From contig NW_003314266.1 in NCBI RefSeq assembly GCF_000143415.4, positions 3,160,607 to 3,224,606 on the forward strand: a DNA stretch of 64,000 nucleotides, in the 5' to 3' direction. Source of the DNA: Selaginella moellendorffii. Its lineage: Eukaryota > Plantae > Lycopodiophyta. Below, piece after piece: positions 1 to 13,790 of this stretch. Position numbers and translations under genes: made by a program. Each line of letters opens with the position of its first letter. Within the stretch, counting starts at the first letter, position 1. The notes below the pieces were generated by a model. The model saw only the letters and a list, made by a program, of their open reading frames with translations, made no database searches and was not told the DNA's origin.

Positions 1-870
1 GTTGCACCAAATAATATAAAATGTCCTTGAGGTATTCTTTTAGTTCCATAGCAAAGGCTCTAATTTGCCATATCTAAAAGGCATTTACCCTTAATAAGTC
101 TTTTTAGGATTTTCTACTATAGGCATTATTCATCCCAATTTTGTGACCCTTTTATGGGTCCTTTCTTGGAAGCTACTTTGTTGGATTCACAATACCATTG
201 TATTGTTATAAATCAATTCACATAGGTATCCTTTTCACTTAGTCGCCTTGACTAAGTGACACCATACCATTTATTCAAATCACTACTTTGAATTAAAAAC
301 ATCATTCCTTAACCAAGCAAAGATCTTGTTTATGATTATCTAACCATATGATCTTTTAGTGGCCCATCCCACCAAGTTTATCAATAAATACTTGGTTTAC
401 TAAACTTTTAAATTGTTGACCATGACTCTAGGGGTGTCCCCCACACTTGGCAGTGCACCCAAGCTAGCCCTTTTGGCCAAGAGTTTATAGAAATTCAAAT
501 TAGGTGTCTCTATATCATTCATCATATCTTCGGTGCCACTCACACTAGATGTTTAAATTAGATATACCAAGCTTTCACACTAAGTACACTAATTGTGTAT
601 CACGACTTTAAAGCATCCCTCTACTTGGCAATATGCTTAAGACATAGAAAACACTATTCCTCAATATCCCTTTTTCAATCCCCATTAAGTCCCTCTTCAT
701 TTATAGTAGTACTTGTCAACATCACTACTGGTCCAATGCCCAAAAGCCCATCCTCTAAGCCCTACTAATCTCTAGGACTTCCTCCCTCACCATATAACTA
801 TACTCTTTGTCACTAAGTAAGAGTATACTTCTTTTCCCAATCATTTAAAGGTATTAGGATACTTAGGGTT
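1..870 (-). mobile_element. Decayed Ty3/gypsy pol fragment (family C), reverse-complement paralogue of ~61900-62722
   Basis: Long reverse-complement match to 61900-62722, e.g. aaccaagcaaagatctt (311) vs aagatctttgcttggtt (62431); RT-like remnants on the minus strand. Confidence 0.65.
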
Positions 871-939
871 AAATGTCCTTGGGTTTAAGTAGTATTGGGC
901 TGAGTGACCTCTCAAGAAGTCTAAATTTACTTACACAAT

Positions 940-1345
940 CCTCTGGGATAAACAATAATGGTACAAAAAGCACCACTAGTTTTTCCTTTGGCACCTTCAC
1001 TTTGTTGACAATTCTTGCATATTTTGCAATATTCAAGAACATCATTTTTCATATTCCAAAAGAACCTATACTTAAACAGCTTATAAGTATTCCTCCCCCT
1101 AAAATGACTAGCCTCCAAACAATCATGATAATAATAGAGGACATGGTTGATCAGCTCATCAACTCAACTTAGCCATTATACAAGTGCAAGCCATTCTAGC
1201 TTGAGAAAGGTGGCTCCATGTGCATACTAAGCTTTTGTACCTTAGCATCTTACAGCTGAATTTGCTTGACCATACCAGCAAATTCTGTCACAACCTTTGT
1301 GAAAGCATGACAAATCCTTTCCTAGAATTCTCCTACAAAAGTAGA
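940..1345 (-). mobile_element. Gypsy integrase zinc-finger fragment (family B)
   Basis: ORF 927-1118 reads RFFWNMKNDVLEYCKICKNCQQ (HHCC integrase); matches 26540-26930. Confidence 0.8.
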
Positions 1346-1679
1346 GCATAATGCACATGAGACCAAACATTACTATGAGTGGATGTTTTACCCAATCCCA
1401 CATTCCTATAGTAACAAGTTATAATGATCTCAATAGATGTCAGTAAGATTGTGAGTCTTTTCTTCTTCTTTGACTAGCACACATATCGCCAACCACTTCA
1501 ACCATATTCACAAGTTTCCAGATCCCCTCCACCATCCCTACATTACAATCAACCATCACTGTCTTCCACCATTCATCTATTAAGCTGCTATATTCCATCA
1601 CTTCTACAATTACCATTCCCGGGCAACACATTCACTCCCATCACTTTATTCCCTACATTCCACCGATAAAGATTACAAC

Positions 1680-3812
1680 TTTTAACACCACTAAATTTTG
1701 TTCACAACATGGACAAACTCATGCCACTCTCTTTCCAACTAAACTCAAAATTAATCCAACACCAAGCTACTCAAGGAGCAATAGCAAAGTTTCTTGGAAA
1801 AGTATTGAGCATTGTAACCCAAGTCTTCAATAGCAAGCTTAGACAAAATGGTTTAGTGCTTCACCACTATCCATCCCTTGACTTGCCACTTGTAAAACCA
1901 TCATAACCAACGTATATTAAGATAGAGACTCTTGATTGCATAATGTAAATACAAGTAATGAGTTTACACCTCATTACAAATTATTTCTTTAAGAAGAAAA
2001 AATGATTTACGTGTTTGATCCTTCATCCCTAACAACTTTCTTTTTGGTCTCATCTTTGACCAAACCTCAAGTTTGCATTCGCATTGCTTTTAGTCCAATT
2101 TAAGAAAAGTTTATGAGGAGCGCAACAATGACTACTTGAACCAATTGACTAATCCCTATAGTCTTGATTAATCCATATATAATCATGCCTAGGAAGGATC
2201 CACTAGAGCCGTACTAAACAACTATAGACTAGCCTATTTGCCACTCTTAGCAAACCCAGAGAAAGTTTACTTTCACCCACGGTATATGGAATAACTCATA
2301 AAACAACTCATGGAACCACCAAAAGGCTAACATTAATTCTGTCAACTCAAAGTGTAACTTTGAGTTGCTAATGTGCCTCACTCACAAGCCCAAGTGTAAA
2401 CTTGTGCAAAATAATACACCTCAAATCTATCTTGCCAACTCAAAGTGTAACCTTGAGTTGCTAATGTGCCTCTTTCACGAACCCAAGCGCAAACTCATGC
2501 AAACGGAACATCTCATTCCATTCTATGGGCCTAAGAGCAAACTCACATAATATAGTGCAAAAGGTAACCAAATCTATACATAAGGAAAAAATGCAAGGTC
2601 TTAGCACCCAAATGTATACCCACTTAAATCATTGTTTTCATTTCTGCATATGCAACAAGACTAATTGCCTAATCTCATGGGATAATACTTACTAAAATAT
2701 ATTTTCTGATATCAAATATAGCGCATGTGGTTTTTACCCTTTATCCTATAATGATTTACTATAGAATAACCATGAAGTGGAACCTAAACCCTCTATGTGC
2801 CACATGTCTAAAGGATAGTAGAACAAAACTCAAGTTTCAAAGGCTTGGCCCACTAAACGAAGAAATGGAGCCAAACTCTTAAGTATGGAGCCAAGGAGCG
2901 ACGAAACTGGAACACAGAGCAACTCCCAAGTATATAGCTCAAGGAGCGAAGAGACAGAAGCACAGAGTGACTTTGAACAGTCCTAGAGTATCTAGCATCC
3001 CAATTCCAGGACCAGCATGCAGAACAAAGCCAAATAGAGTTTGATGTTATTTTAGCATACTGATGGCCTAACGCGAGGATATGGGTACTCCACCAGCTAA
3101 CATAGTGTGGAACTTGGGTTTAGACCCAAGTCAGACACAAAACAAAGACAAGCATATAAGTCAAAGTTAAATTATACCTTAGGTTAGTCAGCCATGCCTA
3201 ATGACCCACTATCCCCACTATATATTTGGAAACCCCCATAACCACTCCCCCCCCGGAACATACGCTTTGGGCTTTCACCCTTACCCATCCTTAGTACCCG
3301 GAGTTAGTCTCTGGAACTAATTCGAAACTTATTAATATAAAATTGCATTATATTGCAAATTTTGGCATGGGACGAACACCATTGTGTTCAAGACAATCTT
3401 TATATTCCGTAGATATAATAAATTAGAAAATTTAAACACTTTCCATAAATAGCAATTATGACTAAATGGAACTAATATAAAGTGCATGATAGCGAGGGTA
3501 CACAGTAAATTATCATCTGGTGAATATTAAGGGACTAAGCTCAATAACATAGGGGTTCCCAATACTAGTAAGTGCAAGTCAACAAATGAATTTCTTTAAT
3601 CAAGTCACGTATGTTTAATTAATAACATTTAGGAATTCCGTCCTTATACTCATTTGGTCAAGTGCATATATAAAAATAAGTTTCTCAACTAACTTAGGCA
3701 AAGACTGAAAAAGGGACCAACAAAACCAACCTTTTCCTGTCGTGGCAATAAAGAAAAAATATCTAAAAGAACTAACCAACAAGTAACTTTCGATACCTGA
3801 AATCACATACCC
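1680..3812 (-). mobile_element. Old truncated copy of LTR family A (5' internal region, PBS, LTR 2717-~3812)
   Basis: Similar to 54020-55980; degenerate PBS (rc tctgatatca, ~2705) next to LTR end tatagcgcatgtgg. Confidence 0.8.
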
Positions 3813-4028
3813 AAAATTGCAAGATGCCTCCATGGAAAGAGAGCAGGATATAAAGGAAACACAAGGTTTCCAAGAGGAGAGTAATGCCTTTGACATTTCT
3901 CTATTGTGGCAACCCGAACTATGGTTTGACACCCTCACATACAAGCTTACACATTGGATCAAACACACTCATGCATTTCATGAGAATTGTACGGAATAAA
4001 GACAACAACACCATCCGGGTTAGACGGC

Positions 4029-5444
4029 ATGGTGTGGCAGCGGCTGTTTGGAGGTGAGTGAGTAGAAGAACGCAAGAGCGCAGCTGACATTTTAGCTTGT
4101 GGGGGCAGGCGTTATCGGTGGATCTGCCTGTGGATGCAGCACACTGGCAGAAGCTCGAGCTCGCTCGTGCTCTCAAGCTTCTTTACGATAACACCACCAC
4201 CTTCCTCTTCTCCGATATCTGCTGCAACCAGCAGTTGACTGCATATGGCTGCCCCGACACGATGTTGCTCGATCACCAGAGCTTCGCTCATGGAAACATC
4301 TGCCCCAAGCAGCGTCACACACACGCAAATGCCCTTTACTGGGGAGCACCTTGGAGCATTCCAGCCTATGTGTATGACAACGAGATGGAGCCTTCAATGA
4401 CACCGCTGGAGCCATGCCAGATCAGGAGCATCGAAGCCATGGGTTGCATCTCCACATTCGAGCTCGGCCTGCAGTGTCGGGGTCCTCCGGTGCAATTTGT
4501 GATTGATGGAACTTTAGGAAAGTTCGACGCTAAACAAGTCCTCGTGTACGAGGAAGTGGATTCCATCTGGCAGAATCGGGTCTCCACCAGCTACATCCTT
4601 CTGGCGGTTCCCACCAAGGCATTGGAGTACAGAGGTCTGGACTGGGTTGCCAACTACGAGGACTACCAGGGCATGTCCATGACACTGTCGGCCAGGAAGT
4701 TCATCCAGGCGTCTCATGACCGCAGCCAGGATCCTGTCAAGGAGCTGAACGCTGTGGACGCGATCGGGATCAGAAAGTTCGGTTTGGTGGATCTCCGCGG
4801 CATTGGCGTCAATAGAAAGATGGGGCCTCTTGTTCTCCGAAGATGCTCTACGTGACGTGCTGCCGAGTGGGTCTGGTGCCAAGCTTGTCCCTGCTAAGGC
4901 ACTCTTTGACGATGGTCTTTGGGACACGCTTGGTGTCCAGGACAGGGTGGCCAAGGATGCGGCCGTATGTGACATAATGCATTCTCGGGGCATAACAGAG
5001 ATGGTGCTGCTCAAGTCGCAGGTGAGCTCAATTCACTGCTTTTTGTTACAGGATTGTTGTGGCCGATTGGACGAGGTTCAGGACACTATACTGCTCGATG
5101 CGGTAAACCATTCTTGTTCCTTGGCTCTTGTGAGCTTAATTCCATTGCTTTCTGTTACAGGATTGTGGTGGCCGATTTGACACTGTCGTGAATTCTCAGG
5201 GCACAATCGAGGCAAAATCTAAGGTAAACCACTCTTGTTCCTTGGCTCTTGTGAGTTCAATTCCACTGTTTTCTTTTGTGTCAGGATTGTGGGGGCAAGG
5301 TTGCCAATTCTCAGGGCGCAATGCTGCTCGTGGCAAAATCTAAGGTAAATCCTTGGCTCTTTGTGAGCTCAATTCCATTGTTTTCTATTGTTTCAGGATT
5401 GTGGGGGTAGATTGGAGACGATGCTACTCAAGAAAGAATCTCAG
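4029..5444 (+). pseudogene. Unknown spliced gene X, copy 1, frameshifted; probably continues in decayed exons to ~6200
   Basis: GC3-rich main exon (ORFs 4097-4855 and 4803-5021) homologous to 39025-39978; extra G near 4825 breaks the frame; GT-AG intron 4054-4095; four phase-0 micro-exons 5052-5444. Confidence 0.7.
5022..5444 (+). repeat. Tandem intron + micro-exon units (4 copies, each exon starting DC[CG]G)
   Basis: Exons 5052-5102, 5161-5223, 5285-5344, 5397-5444 (51/63/60/48 nt); introns share the gtgag..caattc/ccttggctct motifs. Confidence 0.8.
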
Positions 5445-6639
5445 GTAAATCAATCTTGTTTCTCTAATACCTACTCACTCCTTCACAGGGAAGATGCTTA
5501 TTCTCCACTGCTGCTGTGGTGGCCACAAAATGCCAGTTTCACATACCTTGCACAAATACAAAGTGTCCTGGCCTTTTGCTGATACTCTGCAAAAATTCTA
5601 ATTGCTCTGCTAACAATATCATTAAATGGGCAACACATTCTACATTTAATCTTTCTTGGTAAACAAAATTTTCAATTTCTAATTTAAAAGGTTCTTGTCT
5701 TTCTAGAGTGCCATCTTGGAAAGGGCTAACTTTCTAGTGTTATCCAAAGTAAGAGAGCAACCTATGATGTTCCTATCGAGGTATGGTAATCTGTTGTTTG
5801 AGTTTCTTCAATGTTATACCGTTGTGTTTCTTAGGTCGTGCTGGAGGAATTACAAGCAGAGGGGATTTTGAACGTTACGGACGATGAAGTGATCGCACTC
5901 GGAATGAGTCTTATTTACTTTGGAGGTGAGTTTGAAAAAATCTTCTTGTTCTTCTGTACTAAAAACATTGTAATTGTTGTGTAGGAGGCTAGCATGGTCG
6001 GGCAAGGTCGGCGGGATTGGATGACTACTTACAAGTGTTTCACCATCACCCTTTGTAATTGCAGGAAAACTTGGGATTAACTTAAGTGACGGTTTGAGCG
6101 TGATTTGTCCAGGCCAGGGAAACTTGATAAAAGTTAGGTATTTCTTCGCCACCTTTGCATTGTCAAATATGAATAATAATGTGTCTACAAGACTATTAGG
6201 TTTCGATGGCAATGTGATATATTGAGTTGTGATTAATTAAGCTGTAAAGAATGCGCTACAGCTAAGCAGTCAAAAACAAGATTGCATGCATTCTCATCTT
6301 AATATCTCCTCTTCCTCCCCCTGCCGCTGCTAAAGAGGCCATGGCCAAGGAGTGCTCCAATGATGCTGTAGTGCTGCCAGAGGTCAGTCTCTTCAATATC
6401 TGGGTCCTTGTGACTGTCGCTGGGAGGAGGGACAATTCCATCAGCTGATACTGAAGAATAGGAACCTTCTGCAGCTCCTTTGTCTTCTCCTCACCACCTT
6501 TCGAGTGGGAATGGGTTAAAAGCTGGTGGGAACACAATCAATTGACTTTTATTCTTGTAACAGGTTCTTGAAAGCACTGAGCACTGTGGTGTAGCTCGGA
6601 TTGGAGGTTTTGCTAGACTCCATCTAATAAACTATAGTC

Positions 6640-8900
6640 CTATTGCATGATCTTTAGAAAGTACTAAAAGAAGTTGGGCTTAGAAAACATTTATAGAATT
6701 TGTGTAAAGACACACTTCAAGATGCCTAGCCAAGTGTATAATATCATCTTAGGTGTCAATTGGTTTCAAGTTGCTGGGGTGTAGTGTAATTTTGAAAGGA
6801 ATCTCCCATCCTTCTCTTGTTGCTATTGATTGTGTGTTTGGCATAGTTTGTTAGCTATGCTTGAAGATCTTCCACCTTTACCATTTGGGCCCTTATTGCA
6901 GAGTGGGAGTGTGATGTTGGAGAAGCTCTGCTTTCCAAAACTAATTGGTCCTATTAATTAGACCAAGTCCACTATGCACACTTGCTATAGTATTCCTACT
7001 TGAGATGGTCGTCTGATCAAAATGGGCATTTACTGGTGATCTCTTAAAGAGAGGGAGCACATGTACAAGTGTGTGAAGGAGATGTTTGACTTGGCAGTCA
7101 TTTGCAAATCATGCAATCCATGAACTGTCAAGCCACATCTTATTCCTAAATCAGATGGGACAAAGTATTTTACAATTCACACTCTGAATGATGTCACGAT
7201 TGTTGACTTATATCCTTTGACTTTGATGGATTCTTTAGAGAATAGTCTTTCACCATAATAGACTTGGTGTCAGAGTATTAGCAAATATGGATTTTGCTAA
7301 TATGGCCTTGGACTTAGTGTCAGGGCATTAGAAAATAGCAAAGACAACTTTTAAACTTTCAATAGATTTGTATAAGTTCATAGTGATGCCATTTGGTTTA
7401 ATATAGGCCCTTGCCGGATGAAATGTTGAAAGGCATTGAAGAGTTTGTATGAGCCAATTTAAACATTTTCTCAAACTTAAACGTCTGAAGTACAAATCTG
7501 GGCAAAACTCTCTGAAGTACTTAGGGTTTATGATCTTGCAAAATAAAATTTTGAAAAATCTGGAGGGTTGATGAAGTTTATGTTCCTTGTAATATTGTAA
7601 AGTTGCATCAATTCTTGGGAAAGGCTACTTATTTGGACTGGTTTGTGCAAGTTTTTCACAAATTGCTTATCCTTTGCACAATTTCTTACAGTAGGATGTG
7701 AAGTTTATGTGGTCACACAAATGCCAAAGAGCATTTAAAGAGCTCAAGAAGCTTTTGATTTCTACACTAATTTTGCACCATCTTGATTTTTCTTCTGGAT
7801 TTATCTTTTGTATGGATGCTTATGATGTGGGTCTTAGTGCTGACTTGATGCAAGAAGCTGCTAATGGTTCTAAACAACGCTTTTTCAAAGTTCCATGCTT
7901 ATCTTTATAGTTTAGATATATAGTTATCAGATAAATAAAATTTTTTAGGGTAAGTTGGCTTTTACACACCAAGACTATAAATTCACAAGGATGCATTGTT
8001 CAAGATATAAATAGAATAGCTGATGTAGATGCTTTATCTCATACACCATTGGTGGTTACTCTTGTGGATGACTTGCTTCCTCCACTTCCAGAAAATATGT
8101 TACGTAGTTATGAGCAAGTAGTAGTTGCTCAAAAGGAGGAACCATGGATCCACTAATTGTAGAATGTTTTAGATGGCAATAAGCCTTGTGATGAGTATAA
8201 TATTTTAGTGTATGCCAAATAGTTCAAGGTGGTTGAGTATATATTAGTGTATACTGGTGATAGTGCTGAATATCAATACTCATGGTTACACTTCTTCCAT
8301 GGTTGACCTTGGGGTATTACAAAGTTTTGAAAAAACTATGAAATCAACTATATTGACCTCAAATGTATCAAGATGTCTCTAAGTAAATCAAAACTTGTGG
8401 GAAGTGTCAGTGTTTCAACATCTCCATGGTGTTGTCAATTGGTGATGGGGCATTTTTAGAGTATTAGTACATCATTATTGTGGCTTATTACATCAGTGGA
8501 TTGGAGTATATACCTTGCCAAATGTGACAACCATGTAGATTGTGCAATTCCTTATACAGATATTGGTTTTGCAGCATGGTATTCCCAAGCATATTCTTTT
8601 GGGTCAATGTTCTAGTTAGGCCTTTGAAGAATATTGACGTAGTGGCTCAATATTAAGCTATCTTTTGCATTTATTTATCATCTTGAGGTAGATGGCTTAG
8701 TTGAATTATTGAATGGTTGAATATGACATTCAAAAGCACAATTATGAAGTATGTGGACCCACAACATTCCAATTGGGAGTGGTGGTTGGTATATTTGCAA
8801 TTCATTTATCTGCTAATGCCCATCTCTTTATTCCATGTATTATTTGGGTGAGAACCTATCTTGCCTCCTCACTAGTAGCTGATCTGCTGTGTTTTTACAT
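6640..8900 (+). mobile_element. Highly decayed gypsy pol (RT-RH-INT)
   Basis: VMPFGL remnant at ~7383; RNase H FIFCMDAYDVGLSADLMQE (ORF 7698-7910); integrase remnants 8280-8800. Confidence 0.75.
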
Positions 8901-8999
8901 AGATTTAGACTAAAAAACATAGCTACTAGTGATCTAAAATAAAACATAATGTTTCATTTGCTTATTTATTGAGGATGATAGGTTGTAGTAAACTACAAT

Positions 9000-9787
9000 T
9001 CAGTACTAAGAAACTAGAATGATATGCCCCAAAACTTCCTTATAAACTTCAAATCCTTATCCAAGATCATCTCTTTAGGAAGTTTATGAGCCTAGACTAC
9101 TCCATGGAAAAAGAGCTTTCCCATTTTTTTAGCATTTATTTTTTCCATTGTTAAAATAAAGTATGCAATTTTTGAAAACCAATCCACAACCACCATCAAA
9201 GTGTCATAACCTTTAAACTTTGGCAAACAAGGATAAAATCAAGTGTTATACTTTGAAATGATCATGTCGGTGCTAGAATGCATTGCAACTTCCCAACTTG
9301 TTTCTTAGTCCTTTGCTTACACAGTTGGTAGGTAAGGCAAGAATGGACATAATTTGCTACATCATTTTGCATACCAAACTAGAAAAATCCTTTTTTCAAT
9401 GAGGCAAGAGTCTATTGTTTACCACCATGTCTATAGTTTCACTTTAACACAAATTCTCATGACCCAATAATATGCTTAAGCATCTTGCTTATAGTAAATA
9501 AGCCCATCCTTAATTAAGAAGTGATGCTTTGCATTGACACGAATAGCAACTTTCACCACTCACTTTCAGCAGCTTTCACCATTTATGGAGTAGAACACAA
9601 TAGAATAACCACGTTGCCTTAATGTAACACCAGGCACATTATCACAATCCTATTGTAATAGAGTATATATAGCATAACTAAATGCATCACAATACACTTT
9701 GAAGGGTTTATCAAGATTTGGGATCCTTGAAATATAAACTGCAGTCACGATCTCCTTCAATTGTACAAAAGCACGCTGACATGGTGG
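9000..9787 (-). mobile_element. Decayed gypsy RH/INT fragment
   Basis: Minus strand reads CQRAFVQLKEIVT...PNLDKPFKVYCDA; shares gcttaagcatatta..ggtcatgagaatttgtgtt with the family A internal region (45202). Confidence 0.6.
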
Positions 9788-10450
9788 TGTGATATCATAA
9801 AATATTGGTGTAGGAAAGGTGGCAGATTGTTAAATACATATGTTACACGAGGAAATATTTTTAAATAGTGGTAGAAATCTTTGTGAGGTTAGAGTGTATG
9901 TTTAAATGTAAGAGTTATATAGCAAATCATTTTATAAAGATGGTGGAAGATAAGGTTTGTGATAGGTGGATGGGTAATATGACAAATATAAGATATAGAA
10001 AGGAAAGAATAATCATGAAGGGATTTGGTTTGACTAGTTTTTTACTTTGATTTCAAATATTAGAAGAAAAGATGGTGTTAGAATAGTAAAGTGGTAATGG
10101 TAGTGGTATAATGGTAATAGTTTTGTATATATATACCTTATATATACATATATATTGCCTTTAAATATGGCATTTTTGGCTGAAAATTTTTCCTATCACA
10201 ACTACACTAAGGAATTTCATCCAAATGGTTAACTACTACAAAAGATTGATTCTCCACTTTGCTACAATGGTAGGACACTTGGTGAATCTCTTGAAAATGG
10301 GAGAACCTTACATTTGGATAGAGGAACATGATGTTAGTGACTAAGAAAAAATCTTTTGAATGAACTACTTAAGGAATCTTCAATCCAAGGAGGAATCACT
10401 TGATTGCAGAGCCCTTTCCTATTGACTTGGTGCCTAACAATCCTCCCCTT
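9788..10450 (-). repeat. Probable LTR (tg...ca, 9788-10439) preceded by a PPT on the minus strand
   Basis: TG/CA ends; rc PPT tcctcccctt at 10441-10450; interrupts RNase H sequence at 9787. Confidence 0.5.
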
Positions 10451-10548
10451 GAAAGAGAATGATCATTTGGTCACCATGGTCCTCTTAGGGTCTACCAACT
10501 AGATATATAATATTAAATATTCTTTTAAAATATTCTGACCCCACTTAG

Positions 10549-11274
10549 TGTAGCGCATGTGATCATGGGATGAGATTTGGATATACTGTCACCGTGGATC
10601 CTTGGAACCTTGGGGGATAAATGGGGATAAAATAGCCATTAAGAGCTCTCTCATCAAGCAATTGCCCCTTTTTCAGTTGGCTTAAGGGGAGAGAGATAAG
10701 GTGCGCTACAGTTGGTATCGGAGTAAATGGCACGAGTTCGATTCCCATTGATTAGTGGCTACTTAAAAATATAATATACCCTTGAGCAAGGTATATTTCT
10801 ACCCCTAAATTTGAAATCGTACGTATTAGACATCCATGCGTACGTCCTTCCTCTTGTGTGGAGTATCCACAGACGAAGGTATCCACCATGGGACTGCGGT
10901 ATGGATAGATGACTAGTTGCCTTACATGGGACTGCGGTATGGATGGATGACTAGTTGCCTCACATGGAATAGCTAACATGGAATAGCTAGTCTACACAAT
11001 GGAAGGATTGGTAGATTGAATGCGGAAATGGAGGTGCTGGTTCCCCTTGGCTCAGTAGGGGTTGCTAGTCAATAGTCAATGAGGACATTGACATCTCTGA
11101 AGGGGGGGTGAGTGTAGCGCATGTGATCATGGGATGAGATTTGGATATACTGTTACCATAAATCCTTGGAACTTTAGGGGATAAATGGGGATAAAATAGC
11201 CACTAAAGGCTCTCTCATCAAGCAATTGCCCCTTTTCCAGTTGGCTTAAGGGGAGAGAGATAAGATGCGCTACA
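10549..11274 (+). mobile_element. Complete TRIM (terminal-repeat retrotransposon in miniature), 726 bp
   Basis: 162-bp LTRs 10549-10710 and 11113-11274 (tgtagcgca...tgcgctaca); PBS tggtatcggag 10713; PPT aagggggggtgag ~11100-11112; perfect TSD CTTAG (10544-48 / 11275-79); no coding domain. Confidence 0.95.
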
Positions 11275-11279
11275 CTTAG

Positions 11280-13790
11280 CCATGAGAATTGAACTAGGCT
11301 TCAATATGAATGTTAGTATCTTATCCTTTACACCCTAACCCAATTACCAAGAGTATAACAATCCTCCCCCCAACCAAAGTCCTTGTCTGCAAGGACTACT
11401 TGGTGATCGATCATACTTCTTGGAGCTTTGGCTCTATCCCTTTTTCCTCAGCCAGAAACATCTAAGAGGAATCTACTTGAGATTCATTCCTTGTCAGAAC
11501 ACCTTTCAATTGGTTGACATATAAAACTGGGTGTACTTTCACCCCACTTTGCAACTTCACTCAATAAGCCATTTTACTGATACATTCTAATACTTCATAA
11601 GGACCTAAGTACCTAGGAGATAGCTTATCATTTCTCCCATCTCTTAAGGACACAATGGTTGTACAACTTTGTGATATTGGAAATCAAGTCATCAACCTTG
11701 AACTCTTTAAAAGTTTGATGCTTGTCAGCATACCTCTTAGCTTGGTTTTAAGCTGTTTGCAAATTCCTCTTGCATACATTTAGAATTTCATTCAATTCTA
11801 CAGATAAACTCTTTGCCTCATCATCCATCTTAGATCCTTGAGATCCAAGTAAACTAAGCTCAAAAGTTGTCCTTGGATGACGGCCATGCATTATAAAATA
11901 AAGTGTCATGTTGGTGCTGCTATGCTGGCTATTGTTATAGGTAAACTTCACAAGGAATAAAATTTTATCCCACTGTTCTTGTTGCCTATACATAGTGCAT
12001 CTTAGCATCTCCTCAACCACTTAATTGACTTGCTTAGTTTGTCCATCTGTTTGAGGATGATCCCCACTACTTAGCTTGATGCCAATTTTTATGAGCTTCA
12101 CAAAGCTTAACCAAAATTCACTTATGAAATTTGAGTCCCTATCACTCATAATCTCCATTGGCAAACCAAACTGAGAAAAGACATGCTTAAGGTATACTAT
12201 AGCCAAGTCCACACTCTTTGCTGCCTTCTTTAGAGAAATTGACCTTACAAACTTGGTCAAGTTATCCACAATGACCCAATTTCATCCAATTCTATGGATA
12301 AACTCTTTGCTTCACCATCTTAGATCCTTGAGATCCAAGTAAACTAAGCTTAAAAGCTATCCTTGGATAAGAGCCATGCATCCCAAATAAAGTGTCATCT
12401 TGGTGTTGTTATGCTAGCTGTGGTTGGGTAGTTTTTGTGCTGAGCTCAAGTCAATAAAAGTCAACAAAAGTAAAAGGAAGTCAATACAATCCCCTAACTA
12501 GCAAAACTTTAATAGCACTACCTTAGTTCATCCCAAACCAAGAAGTTTTTACATAAAATTTAGGTGTTTAAGGTATTCCATAAGCTTATATAGATTATTG
12601 GTTCGACACTAACTAATCTTTTAGCCTACAAAGAAAGAAAATAATCTATTAAACAACATAATTAATATTAAAATCAGAATATATTTAGTCTTCTCTTACT
12701 TCCATATCCAGAAAGCAAAAATGGGTATAGTGGAATGCTCCTTCACTATAGGCTCATGTTGCATATAATGTTGTGCCATATCTTTAGCATAAACAAGTAA
12801 GTGAAATTGACTTCAGTCCATATGATTATCTATATCATCAGGATCAAGCATGTAGATTGAAACACTAACATCACCTATTGCAAAATCTCCCAAGAATATC
12901 CTCAAGTGCAAAATCTCCCAAGAATATCTCAAGTGCAAAAACAGCTCAACTTGTCTCATTTGCTACCTACACCATTGACCTAAATCCTACTGTAGCATCA
13001 AGCATAATCCCCTTTAGCAGACAGAATAACTCTAACAAAATCTACACGGTTGTGACCGAATAGTGTTGATAACCGGGGAACTCTAGATGAAGTCTAAGTC
13101 AATCATATTTGGGAGCTGTTATATCTTGGTAAAGCAAGAGCAACACACTTGTCAGCTTGTGTAGCCTTATGCTAGTTCCCAACGTGGCATAGAGCATGGT
13201 AGTTCCATGAATAAACTTAGAAATAAAAAATATAATAGAGTTAATTTGTAAATAAAGAAGGCACACATCTTTTGCTTTTGCCTACTAGTGCCTTTTGTGT
13301 CCATTGCCATACTTGAAAGAAGGCAGCCAAATGAAAACTCAACAAATCCATCATTGTTTTCAGCCAAGTGTGTGAGAAGGCCTTCCCACATTAGAGAGCA
13401 AGGAAGGATCATGACAACCACACCCTCATTTGTCATGAAGGCCCAATCTTCATTGGTAAACTAAACTGAGGAAAGAAATGCTTAAGGTATACTATAGCCA
13501 AGTCCACACTCTTTGCCACCTTCAAAGGAATCAACTTTACAAACTTGGTCAAGTGATCCACAATAACCCAAGCTTGTTTATTTTGCCTCTGTATTCTTGG
13601 CAAATGCATAATAAAAACCATGGATATGCTCATCCATCTATCCTCTAGGATAGGTAATAGCACCAAAATCCCTATTGGCTTTTCCTTTGGCACCTTCACT
13701 TGCTAACAATTTTTATATGTCTTATAGTTCTCGAGAATACCATTTTTCATATTCTTCCAAAGAACCTGTGCTTAATTAACTCGTAAGTCA
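11280..13790 (-). mobile_element. Family B gypsy integrase, PPT and 3' LTR start; interrupted at 12280-13430
   Basis: MSDRDSNF, HPQTDGQTKQVN and YLGPY motifs; rc PPT atcctcccccc ~11361; matches 26800-27560. Confidence 0.85.

Noticed and set aside
4514-5014. Antisense ORFs over gene X (also 39071-39382)
   Set aside because: Shadow frames of a GC3-rich coding exon.
5022-5444. Repeat-spacer pattern resembling a CRISPR array
   Set aside because: Repeats are degenerate GT-AG introns, spacers are mutually homologous exons, the context is eukaryotic and no cas genes are present.
10549-10710. Cassandra-type TRIM with 5S rRNA in the LTR
   Set aside because: No recognisable 5S A/C-box sequence.
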